From Candidatus Poribacteria bacterium (GTDB lineage: Bacteria > Poribacteria > WGA-4E > JAJDTR01), in NCBI GenBank assembly GCA_965197465.1, contig OZ240209.1, forward strand, positions 4,288,958 to 4,352,957: a stretch of DNA of 64,000 nt, given 5' to 3'. The translations under genes were made by a program, and so were the position numbers. Positions 21,873 to 31,618 of this stretch are shown here, piece by piece. The notes beneath the pieces were generated by a model, which was given only the letters and a program-made list of their open reading frames with translations, searched no databases and was not told where the DNA came from. The first letter of the stretch is position 1, and each line of letters starts with the position of its first letter.

Positions 21873-22919
21873 ATGGCAGTAGAAAAGCCGATGGACAACA
21901 TTGAACCGGGCATCAAAGTAGCTGCCCAAATGTCTCCAGAACCCAACGAAGAAGATTTGCAATTTGCCCGGCAGATGGGAGTCGAATACGTCGTACTGTG
22001 GACCGACGGTGCACACGCAAACTACGACTATTTCATGAGCCGCCGCGAGATTTTCGAGAGTGCCGGTCTCAAAATATACGGCTTCGGCAACGGCGATGTG
22101 CACTGCCAAGCGGCGCTCGTGCTAAACCTGCCTAACCGCGATGAGAAGGTCGAACAGTACAAACGCTACATTCGCGATTTGGGAAAAGCAGGGATTCCCT
22201 ACACCACCTATGCCCACATGGCAAACGGTGTCTGGAGCACTGATCCCGAGCAAACCCGCGGCGGTGCTCAGGCGCGAGCTTTCGATCTAGCCAAAGCTGA
22301 GAACAAGGGCGAAACAGCAAATCAGACATCACTAACCCACGGGCGCGAATACTCCGAGGAGGAGATTTGGGACAACTTCACCCATTTCATCAAAGAGGCG
22401 GCTCCGGTCGCGGAGGAAGCGGGTGTGATGATCGGTATCCACCCGGACGATCCGCCCGGGCCAAATCTAGGTGGCATTCCACGCTGTATTTTCAGCAACT
22501 TCGAGGGGTATGAACGCGCCCTTGACATCGCCGATAGTCCAAACGTGGGGATGTGTTTCTGTGTGGGCTGCTGGTTGGAAGGCGGCGAATTGATGGGGAA
22601 GGATGTGTTGGAGTCCATCCGCCACTTTGGCGAGCAGGGAAAGATCTTTAAGGTACACTTCCGCAATGTGGACAAACCACTACCGCATTTTGTAGAAACA
22701 TTTGTGGATGACGGTTACATGGACATGTATCAGGTGATGCAGGTCATGCGTGAGGTCAATTTTAAGGGGGTGGCGATTCCGGACCATATCCCTCAGATGG
22801 CGGACGACGGTCGGGTCGGCACAGCCTATACCATCGCTTATATGAATGCACTTGTGAAACGCGCCAATGAGGAAGTAGGGAACGCAGATCTGCGTTCCCT
22901 ACAAAAAACAATCTGGTGA
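21873..22919 (+). CDS. uxuA: Mannonate dehydratase (UxuA) family protein
   Basis: IHPDDPP, FCVGC, VHFRNV, ETFVDDG and PDHIP motifs. Confidence 0.85.
   Translation: MAVEKPMDNIEPGIKVAAQMSPEPNEEDLQFARQMGVEYVVLWTDGAHANYDYFMSRREIFESAGLKIYGFGNGDVHCQAALVLNLPNRDEKVEQYKRYIRDLGKAGIPYTTYAHMANGVWSTDPEQTRGGAQARAFDLAKAENKGETANQTSLTHGREYSEEEIWDNFTHFIKEAAPVAEEAGVMIGIHPDDPPGPNLGGIPRCIFSNFEGYERALDIADSPNVGMCFCVGCWLEGGELMGKDVLESIRHFGEQGKIFKVHFRNVDKPLPHFVETFVDDGYMDMYQVMQVMREVNFKGVAIPDHIPQMADDGRVGTAYTIAYMNALVKRANEEVGNADLRSLQKTIW
22875..22902. repeat. Perfect 28-bp GTAG palindrome inside the uxuA 3' end
   Basis: GTAGGGAACGCAGATCTGCGTTCCCTAC. Confidence 0.9.
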
Positions 22920-23044
22920 TTACTAGGTTGCCTCGGTCTTGTATAGCGATAATTTTGATGCTGCCCCTTAAGAGCACGCGTTTGTCCTTCACCTGCTCTA
23001 GACATCAATAGACCAAGCACGTACTTGATAAGGAAACGCTTTCT

Positions 23045-25487
23045 ATGTATAAACGTCATCTCATTTCCGTTATAATTGGGGCTCGGCATCGCATCGCGTT
23101 CATCAGCCTATTGACCCTCATCGTGGGCTCTCAACATATATCCGCCCAATCGCAGCTAGCTCAAGATGCCTATGCCATCTTTGAGGGGAGCTGCCTCATC
23201 TGCCACTGCCCGACGGCGCCTATCGAGAAACACTCCTAATGGAACACGCCGCGCTCATCGAAAAGGGCACGGTTGTTCCGGGAAACCCCGATGCATCCGA
23301 GTTGTATAAGCGACTGCTTGGAACCACTGAAAATGGCGGGGCACAGATGCCGCTTGGACAACCGCAGCTCCCCGATCAGTCAATTGAGGCGATTCGACGC
23401 TGGATATTAGCCGGCGCCCCCGATTGGGCAACAACCCTTACAACCGATAGCCGATTTATCTCTCCCGGTGAAATACTTAATACCATCAAGAACCACCTCA
23501 CGACACTCGAACCGTTCGACCGCGCCTTCGCCCGGTACTTCACACTGACGCATCTCTATAACGCAGACGAGACATCACCCGAGATACTTAGTGAGTACCG
23601 AAAAGTGCTCTCCAAACTCGTCAACAGCCTCTCATGGGGACTTGATGTCATCAACCCAATCCCCATCGACTCGCAAGCAACCATCTTCTATATTGATCTC
23701 AGACACTACGAGTGGGATGTCAATGACGGTTGGACCAAGATAGAAGGAGAGTATTCCTATCACATCACCTTTGATGCACCCGCACAGTCCGCACTACGCG
23801 AACAATTGACGTGGTTACAGACACAGATGAAGTGTGATGTACCATCGATTCATATCGACTGGTTTATTGCAAGGGCTTCAACTCCACCACTTTATCACGA
23901 ACTGCTTTCGCTGCCATTGTGGGTTACGGTAGAATATAGAACTCGTTTGGTACAGCAACCCGGGTTCCCCAAAGGGGGCCGAAAATAGAGGGACCGTGGC
24001 TGTGGGTCGTGTTACCGGAGAGAAGACTGAGCAGCGATACGGACTTGCTGTCGGAAGCAAGCAGGGGCGCCGTGACTGAAGCGGAGATTGCTACGCATGG
24101 GGCAACCGCAGGAAACACCGTCGGTGATGCCGTATGGATATCCCATAGACTTCCCTCAACAGGAGAACACAATGTCGAACAGATGCTTGGAGGCCGCATT
24201 GATGGCGCCAGCATTTACGGAACCGCAACTTTTTATGCGCCGCGTAAACAAGATACGACGATCTATGTGGGCAGTCATGAGAGTTTTAAGGTGTGGCTCA
24301 ACGGGGTGATGATTTACGAATCCTTGCGTCATCATGCCTCGATTGACTACATGGACTTTCTACCGGTCACTCTCCGACAGGGAAAAAATGTCCTCTTAGT
24401 CGCGTGTGAGGCGCGGTACAACGCCTTTTTTGGGTTTGAACCCGGCACCGAGTATTCGGTGGCAACCGGTATCGGCTACACTTTTTCCGAAACGCCGATT
24501 CACATAGGCGATACCTTTACCTTTAATGTCCGTGCAGAAAATGTCTCCAACTTGACGGGGTGGCAGTTTGATATTGCATTCGACCCTGCCGTTCTTGAAG
24601 CGGTTGATGTGAGCGAACGCGACTTCCTGAAGATGGACGGCGGGGCGACTTTCTTCCAGAGCGGGCGCATTGACAATTCAGCAGGTAAAATTGCAGGACT
24701 AATTGCGCGACGAATCAGCGAAGGCGGCGTGAGCGGCAGCGGCTCCGTGCTTCAGGTGAGATTCAAAGCGAAATCCGAAGGCGAAACGGAATTAGCCCTT
24801 CAGAACTTCCTGTTCGGCACTGTGGCCGAGGAGAGTATCCCCGCAGGGCCGCTTGAAATCCACATCACTGTAGAGGAACGGCTACTAACCGGGGATGTGA
24901 ATCGTGACGGGGTTGTCAATATTCTGGATTTGATTCGCGTCGCTCAACAGTTGGGGAAAAGGGTACCCCCTAACTCGGCTGTGGACGTCAACCGAGATGG
25001 GGTGGTTAATATTTTCGACCTCACGCTCTTGGCACAAGGGATTGGGGGAGCCGCCGCTCCGTCAGCTCGGGGCATTGGCTCGTCGACGATAGAGGCGTGG
25101 ATTAAGGAAGCACGTCTGGTAGATGACGGTTCGATTGCCTTTCGACAGGGTATTGCGAATCTCCAAAACCTGTTAGCCTCGCTGATTATTCCGCAAGAGA
25201 CGGCGTTGCACGCCAACTATCCGAATCCGTTCAACCCTGAAACGTGGATACCGTATCAGTTGGCTGCACCCGCAGAGGTGACGTTGACGATTTATGATAT
25301 GAATGGCGGCGCGGTTCGGCGTTTCGAGATGGGACATCAAGCGACGGGTATCTATCGGAGTCGCAGCCGCGCTGCCTATTGGGACGGTCGCAATCAGGGT
25401 GGGGAAACTGTCGCCAGCGGTTTATATTTCTATACACTGCGGGCGGGTGAGTTCACGGGGACGCGGAAGATGTTGATAAGGAAGTAA
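23045..25487 (+). pseudogene. Disrupted secreted protein: planctomycete-type cytochrome c + cohesin + dockerin + FlgD-Ig tail
   Basis: Signal peptide and CLICH, then a frameshift near 23210 (DGAYRETLLME continues in another frame); VVPGNPDASEL..MP cytochrome motif; second break near 23920-23980; cohesin, GDVNRDGVVNILDL dockerin pair and NYPNPFNPETWIPY domain in 24009-25487. Confidence 0.8.
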
Positions 25488-25511
25488 AACCACGATGTCT
25501 CGATTCGGAGA

Positions 25512-25561
25512 GGGATCTCTATCAGGATTTACTATCGCAGTCGCTATCCGCTCGCTCGATC
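25512..25561 (-). mobile_element. Two nested mini-element copies within a REP remnant
   Basis: Minus strand GATCGAGCGAGCGGATAGCGACTGCGATAGTAAATCCT-GATAGAGATCCC-TCTCCGAATCG. Confidence 0.75.
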
Positions 25562-25656
25562 TCCGGTGGAGCGAAGGCTGGAGAAGTCGCGAACAGGAGA
25601 TCGCTCCTACAGAGAAGGGCTGGTGCGCAGTGCGCACCCTACAACTGCTACTATCC

Positions 25657-27852
25657 TTAATGCTCAAGCGGTGGCAAGGCCACATCCACGACCCACCCCC
25701 TCGTCTTGGCAGGTTTGTACTCTCCGCCGCGCAGGTATTCGGAGGTATGCCATAAACAGAGCTGCTTCCCATCGGGCAACCACGTAACAGACGTGAGATT
25801 GCTCGTCGTTCGAGCAACGGCTCGCTTCCGATTCGTTTCTAAATCAAGTACCCACACTTTCCATCGCAACCCCATACAATCCTCATGCTCCATATATGCC
25901 AGGTGTTTCCCTTGCGGCGACCACGATGGCGATGTATGTTTGAGAATCCTCGTTCGTTGTCGTTCATTCACATCCGTAACATGAAGACGTTTGTCAAGTA
26001 AGCGGTCAGGACGAATACTCCCAAGCAACACATAAGCAAGTTCTGTTCCGTCCGCCGACCAGTTCATCTGCTTGACTCGCAGATGCTGAGTGCGAATCTC
26101 TCCGTGCCTTGTTCCATTGATATTCTGCAATCGAATGCGAGCATACCCTGACTTGTAGTGTTGATGATCTAGCCCAATAGCGATTTGCTCCCCATCAGGC
26201 GACCAAGACGGCTTATCCAAAAAACTGAACGCGCCGACCCGTCCTTCAATCGGAATACGAGCAATCGGCGCCAAGCCGGTTGTATCGCTGTTAATTCGAT
26301 AAACAACGTCAACACCTTCTTCCCACCGTCTGAATGCAAGTTTATTCGCAACCGGCGACCATACCGGCGCATCGCCGCTAACCAGGTGAGTTAGACGCGC
26401 GGTCTTCAAATCGAATGTCCATACCTCGCTCTCACCCTCTCTACGAGCCTCAAATGCAAGCAGATTACCGTTGAAAGACCATGACAGGTGTGGATTGTAG
26501 AACTTCCCCGCACACAACTTCCGAAAGCGCTTCGCTTCCCTATCCGTAATCCAGAGTTCGCTTGCTTTCCAATATTGTCCGGAGAGATTTGTTCGTTTGA
26601 AAAACGCGATTGTTTTTCCATCAGGCGACCAGTGCGGATATTCACCACCTTCAATAAGTTCCAAGGTACGGATGGTGGAGCAAATTGAGGTGTTGAATTG
26701 CACGTCATCGGTTTCTTCAAACCTACCGATGGCAAATTCGTCCATCCACCCGGAGGCGCCATCTGGAAGTTCAACTTGATACCATCCTTTCTCTTCATTC
26801 AGAATCGGGAGCTCGACGCCGTCGTTGAGATGCAGTTGCACAGGAGAATCGGAATCTTTCGCAGAATACACAGCTGCCTCATCGTGTACTACGATTCCAA
26901 CTTGACGTTTGTCCGGTTGTGGTAGCGAAGACTCCGCTGTCTGATTCTCGAAGGCATACACATAGCCATCATGGGACGTGACGTAGAGCAGACCATCAGA
27001 GACCGCAGGTGCCGCGTCAACATATCCCTGCGTTTCGTATGACCAGACCTTTTCTTTCGCTGCAACGTCTATGGCGTGGATTCGACTATCTCGCGCACCA
27101 ATATAAACTACGCCATTGGCAATGACAGGATAACTGTAAGTGTAATCTACATAACCCCGCCACAAGTCAGCTTGATGTTCTGGAGTGATTGGACGCAATT
27201 TACCTTGAACACAGCCGAAATCAATCCCATCAATCCGCACGCGACTCTGATACCTTCCTTCCGCTTCCCCCGTTGTTGCATTAATGACATGAATCGTCCG
27301 CGTGAATGCACCGATGTAGACCTGCCCATTGGAGATTACTGGCGGAGAATCCATCCACGTTTCCGATTTAAACTTCCAAATTAACTCGCCAGTTTTGGCG
27401 TTGAGGGCATACACACGATTATCTCTTGCACTAAAGTAGACCTGATTGTTCCAGACTGCCGCAGGATACCGGATGGCATCGCCACTCTGGAACGTCCATT
27501 TCACCTCCCACCGCTTTGCATTAAGCGCGTACAGCTTGCCATCTGTTGAGCCGACATATAGCGTGCCATCAACAATAATGGGGCTTGCGTGGATAGGACC
27601 GCCGGTCTTGAATTTCCAGCGCGGCTTTAACGGCGGCTTGAGCGTCTGATCCGGACTCTTACCCGAAAAATGCACATCGTGCATGAACATCGCCCAATCT
27701 TCGGGTCGGGTCTGTGGCACACCGCGCCCTCCAGTTGACCTAGGTGAGGTTTCAACTGGCGACTTCGTACTCTGGGAATCTTGAGATTGGCACCCGAGCA
27801 GTAAAATGAAAGGCACGGAAAAAATAAGGATTAGACGCCAAGCCATTGACAT
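25657..27852 (-). CDS. Lipoprotein with PQQ-like (BamB-type) propeller, SH3b-like domain and TolB/PD40 propeller
   Basis: Lipobox LLLGC; YVGSTDGKLYALNA repeats; GWYQVELPDGASGW; WSPDG repeats. Confidence 0.85.
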   Translation of the reverse strand: MSMAWRLILIFSVPFILLLGCQSQDSQSTKSPVETSPRSTGGRGVPQTRPEDWAMFMHDVHFSGKSPDQTLKPPLKPRWKFKTGGPIHASPIIVDGTLYVGSTDGKLYALNAKRWEVKWTFQSGDAIRYPAAVWNNQVYFSARDNRVYALNAKTGELIWKFKSETWMDSPPVISNGQVYIGAFTRTIHVINATTGEAEGRYQSRVRIDGIDFGCVQGKLRPITPEHQADLWRGYVDYTYSYPVIANGVVYIGARDSRIHAIDVAAKEKVWSYETQGYVDAAPAVSDGLLYVTSHDGYVYAFENQTAESSLPQPDKRQVGIVVHDEAAVYSAKDSDSPVQLHLNDGVELPILNEEKGWYQVELPDGASGWMDEFAIGRFEETDDVQFNTSICSTIRTLELIEGGEYPHWSPDGKTIAFFKRTNLSGQYWKASELWITDREAKRFRKLCAGKFYNPHLSWSFNGNLLAFEARREGESEVWTFDLKTARLTHLVSGDAPVWSPVANKLAFRRWEEGVDVVYRINSDTTGLAPIARIPIEGRVGAFSFLDKPSWSPDGEQIAIGLDHQHYKSGYARIRLQNINGTRHGEIRTQHLRVKQMNWSADGTELAYVLLGSIRPDRLLDKRLHVTDVNERQRTRILKHTSPSWSPQGKHLAYMEHEDCMGLRWKVWVLDLETNRKRAVARTTSNLTSVTWLPDGKQLCLWHTSEYLRGGEYKPAKTRGWVVDVALPPLEH

Positions 27853-28118
27853 TCCTCAACGATTGTGTGGGAGACGGTGCCCCTGTTTCAACGAAAGAAG
27901 GACACTCGCCAGAAGGAAGGATACGGCTAAACCAGATGCAAGTATAGCATTCGTGGGTACGCGCGTCAACGAAAATCTCGTGCCGTACAAAGGTGTTCGC
28001 ACGTGATTCTAACGAATCTTCGATTGTCAGAATTCACATCATATAGATAGATTTGCGATATTTTGCGTCTCCCCATTCGTTCGCCTGATCCTACCGACAA
28101 ACCGTACCCGTAGGAGGG

Positions 28119-28156
28119 GATCAAGCGAGTGAACACGGAGCGCGATAGAAATTCCC
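28119..28156 (+). mobile_element. Mini-element inserted in a GTAGGAGGG-type REP
   Basis: GATCAAGCGAGTGAACACGGAGCGCGATAGAAATTCCC. Confidence 0.8.
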
Positions 28157-28357
28157 GTGCCCCGACGGCAGGAGTCGCGATCAGGAGATTGTTCCTACAT
28201 TAGGTTCGTCGAAACAATCTTCAATTTCCATTCTTTTCATTGCACGTCCCGTTTTCACATTTTCTCGTGCTCCACGCCGTACCTCAAGGGGTTCAGGTCT
28301 GGAATTTCTGTCAGCGGAACGGCGCATTGGGACTGCGCGACGCGCCGGATATTTTAC

Positions 28358-28386
28358 TTGAAACTGCCTAGTATCTGTGATACAAT
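28358..28386 (+). promoter_or_regulatory. sigma70-type promoter for glyA-folC
   Basis: TTGAAA-17 nt-TACAAT with extended TG. Confidence 0.65.
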
Positions 28387-28505
28387 TTTTTCCTCCCGGA
28401 TGGCATGAATCGTCCGCATAATAAGGGTTAAACTTTGACGATTCAAGATTGTCGTTACCAATGGGATGTTTGCCGTAGAATTGAATCCGGAAGCACGGTG
28501 GAATA

Positions 28506-29780
28506 TTGGAAAATCTGATGGATAGGTCGCTCTACGACGTTGACCCCGAACTTGTCGAAATAACGCTCCAAGATCTGGAACGCCAGCAGAATTGCCTCAC
28601 CTTGATCCCTTCCGAGAATTATGCCAGTATAGCCGTGATGCAGGCACAAGGTAGCATTTTGGCTAACAAGTATGCCGAAGGTTACCCGGAAGCCCGTTAC
28701 TATAACGGTTGTCAGTTCATGGATGGCGTTGAGTCCTTGGCAATAGAGCGCGCTAAGCAACTCTTCGGCGTTGACCATGTAAATGTTCAACCCCATGCCG
28801 GCACCCAAGCGAATATGGCGGCTTACCATGCGCTCCTTGAACCGGGCGACACCATTCTGTCGCTGAAGCTTGATCACGGCGGGCATCTGAGCCATGGACT
28901 GAAGCAGAACTTTTCCGGCAGGTACTACAATATTGTTCATTACGGCGTCGATCCCGAGACGGAACGCATCGACATGAACGCCGTCGGGGAACTCGCGGAG
29001 CAGTATCGCCCGAAGCTGATTGTGGTTGGCGCCACGGCTTATCCGCGCCGGTTCGATTTCGCGGAATGGCGAGCGATTGCCGATTCAGTGAATGCGTATC
29101 TCTTGGCAGACATCGCCCACATCGCAGGGCTTATCGCCGCAGGCGTTCATCCGGATCCGGCGCCGTATTGCGACGTGATAACCACGACCACGCATAAAAC
29201 CTTGCGCGGACCACGCGGCGCGATGGTGATGTGCCGGCAAGAGTTCGCCGAAGCCACTGATCGAGCCGTGTTTCCCGGGTTGCAGGGCGGTCCGTTCATG
29301 CACTCCATAGCCGCCAAAGCGGTTGCCTTCAAGGAAGCGATGGAACCCGCCTTCAAAGAATACCAGACGCAAGTGGTCAAGAATGCGCAGGCGATGGCAG
29401 AAACTCTCAAGTCGAACGGACTTCGTCCAATTACCGGCGGCACGGAGAATCATTTGATGTTAATCGACCTGAGCACATCATACGAAAAGTTAAGCGGGCG
29501 GCAAGCTGCAGACCACCTTGAGGAAGCGGGAATTATCGTCAATAAGAATACAATTCCCTTCGACAAGCGTTCAGCCGTGACAACAAGCGGAATTCGCCTC
29601 GGCACCCCAATGGTGACGACACGCGGGATGCAAGAGACGGAAATGAAGGTAATTGCTGATTTAATCACCGAAACACTCGAAGGCCGGCGCGACTCGGAAT
29701 TCAAGAAACGTGTTAAGGCTAAAGTTTTAGAGCTTTCCCACCAGTTCCCCGTCTACGAAAATCTTCGGCTCTTGCCGTAA
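28506..29780 (+). CDS. glyA: Serine hydroxymethyltransferase
   Basis: [34 protein letters not shown] and PGLQGGP motifs. Confidence 0.98.
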   Translation: MENLMDRSLYDVDPELVEITLQDLERQQNCLTLIPSENYASIAVMQAQGSILANKYAEGYPEARYYNGCQFMDGVESLAIERAKQLFGVDHVNVQPHAGTQANMAAYHALLEPGDTILSLKLDHGGHLSHGLKQNFSGRYYNIVHYGVDPETERIDMNAVGELAEQYRPKLIVVGATAYPRRFDFAEWRAIADSVNAYLLADIAHIAGLIAAGVHPDPAPYCDVITTTTHKTLRGPRGAMVMCRQEFAEATDRAVFPGLQGGPFMHSIAAKAVAFKEAMEPAFKEYQTQVVKNAQAMAETLKSNGLRPITGGTENHLMLIDLSTSYEKLSGRQAADHLEEAGIIVNKNTIPFDKRSAVTTSGIRLGTPMVTTRGMQETEMKVIADLITETLEGRRDSEFKKRVKAKVLELSHQFPVYENLRLLP

Positions 29781-29818
29781 GCTGTACGCCGCACGATGTG
29801 CCATTTTTTGCGTTTCAC

Positions 29819-31150
29819 ATGATGTTGAATTATGAAGAGGCGCTTGCCTATATCAATTCTTTTATCAACGCCGAGAGAAGTCCCGATTTCTCCAGGCTAG
29901 CACGCCTTTATAACCTCGATCGTATCTCTCGCCTCTTAAATCGACTTGGGAATCCACATCGCAATCTCAAGGTGGTTCATGTCGCCGGCAGCAAGGGCAA
30001 AGGATCCACGGCTACATTCATCGCGTCGATATTCAGCCATGCCGGTTTCAAGACGGGCTTGTTTACCTCTCCCCATCTGGTGACCGCGCGCGAACGCTGC
30101 CGCATCGACTCGAATCTTATCTCGACGGCCGCGTTCGCCGACTACGTAAATCGGCTCAAACCTGAAATAGAAGCGGTTTCGGCGATAGACGGAATCGGAG
30201 ATGTCTCTTTCTTTGAAATATATACGGCGCTTGCGTTTACCTATTTTGCCGACGAAGGGGTAGATTTTGCGGTTGTCGAAGTTGGACTCGGCGGGCGCTT
30301 GGACGCAACTAATATTGTTGACCCGCTCGTGAGTGTCATCACCCAAATCAGCTTGGAGCACACGACAATCCTGGGGAACACGCACGAAGCCATTGCGAAG
30401 GAAAAGGCGGATATTATCAAGCCGAACCGCCCGGTTGTGCTTGCGCCGCAGTCCGAGGAGGCGCAATCGGTTTTTGAAGTTGTCGCCGCAGATCGGAACG
30501 CGCCTGTCTCTCTGGTCGGACGGGACGTAAAATGGGAACACGGGGTGCACGATATTCATGGGCAGACATTCGATGTCCGCACCCCGAAGGAAACCTACCC
30601 AGACCTCTTTTTGCCGCTATTGGGGGTACATCAAGCAATCAACGCGGCTACAGCTATCACATGTATTGACAGGATTCAAGCGTCGGGTTATGAAATCTCC
30701 ACAACAAGCGTATACGGCGGGTTGAAGGAGGCACGCTTACCCGGTCGTTTGCAGTTGGTTGGGGGCGCACCCACTATCCTGCTTGATGGCGCACACTCTC
30801 CGGCGTCGGTGGAGATGTTATGCGACACAATCAACGAGGTCTTTCGCTACGAAAAGTTAATCCTCATCGTCGGATTCATGAGAGACAAGGATTTGCGAGG
30901 GATCGGGCAGACCTTATGCCCTATGGCGGATACGGTTATCGCGACCGAGATGCGGGACAACCCTCGCGCAGTTAGCGCGGACGAAATTGTCCGGACGTGG
31001 TCGGACATTGGAGGCGATCTTCGTGTCAGTTCATCGGTTAGCGATGCGATTGCAACGGCAAAATCAATCGCGAGTCCATGTGACCTAATCTGTATAACGG
31101 GGTCGATGATACTTATTGGAGAGACGATGCAGGCGTTGGGGCTTGCTTAA
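29819..31150 (+). CDS. folC: Folylpolyglutamate synthase / dihydrofolate synthase
   Basis: HVAGSKGKGS, FTSPHL, EVGLGGRLDATN and LDGAH motifs. Confidence 0.96.
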   Translation: MMLNYEEALAYINSFINAERSPDFSRLARLYNLDRISRLLNRLGNPHRNLKVVHVAGSKGKGSTATFIASIFSHAGFKTGLFTSPHLVTARERCRIDSNLISTAAFADYVNRLKPEIEAVSAIDGIGDVSFFEIYTALAFTYFADEGVDFAVVEVGLGGRLDATNIVDPLVSVITQISLEHTTILGNTHEAIAKEKADIIKPNRPVVLAPQSEEAQSVFEVVAADRNAPVSLVGRDVKWEHGVHDIHGQTFDVRTPKETYPDLFLPLLGVHQAINAATAITCIDRIQASGYEISTTSVYGGLKEARLPGRLQLVGGAPTILLDGAHSPASVEMLCDTINEVFRYEKLILIVGFMRDKDLRGIGQTLCPMADTVIATEMRDNPRAVSADEIVRTWSDIGGDLRVSSSVSDAIATAKSIASPCDLICITGSMILIGETMQALGLA

Positions 31151-31157
31151 TAAACGT

Positions 31158-31533
31158 TAGGATTTGCGCAGTTGAACACCAAATGGTTTGTAGGAGCGAT
31201 CTCCGAATCGCGACCTATCGTCGTGAATTGGAATGCCTTCGTGATGTCGGGAATCGGAGAAGATCTCTATCGATCAACTGAGTGGATAGCGAAGACGATA
31301 GAATATCCTACTCCCTATTCACTCGGTTGATCCTCGTTGTCCACTCGGTTGATCGGTCACTATCTGTTCCCTTGATCTCGCTTGATTTATCCGCTCAGTT
31401 AATCGGTTTCGGGAGACTCGTGTTGGGTTTCACTCAGGTTGCGGAGGTGTAAATCAAGACGAGAATGGCAGATGTAATTCAGATTTTCGGGTTTTTCGGG
31501 AGTTTCCGCTCAACCCAACCTACATAAGATCTA
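31158..31533. mobile_element. Degenerate TAGGACTTACGCA-type MITE carrying REPs and a stack of mini-elements
   Basis: TAGGATTTGCGCAGTTGAAC left end, TACATAAGATCTA degenerate right end; similar left ends at 34096, 61265 and 63244. Confidence 0.55.
31259..31405. mobile_element. Stack of about six full or partial mini-element copies in both orientations
   Basis: Forward copy 31272-31309 inside a reverse copy, followed by four more reverse 5' halves. Confidence 0.8.
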
Positions 31534-31618
31534 TAGAGTCTGGAAACTGTTACTTTGGTGGGGCGATTTGTCGCCCATTGAGAGTTGTTTATACCACACT
31601 TTAGAAAAAGGAGTTGCA

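Noticed and set aside
31259-31405. Clusters of 35-38 nt repeats resembling a CRISPR array
   Set aside because: No unique spacers or regular period; copies are nested, divergent and in both orientations; no cas genes.
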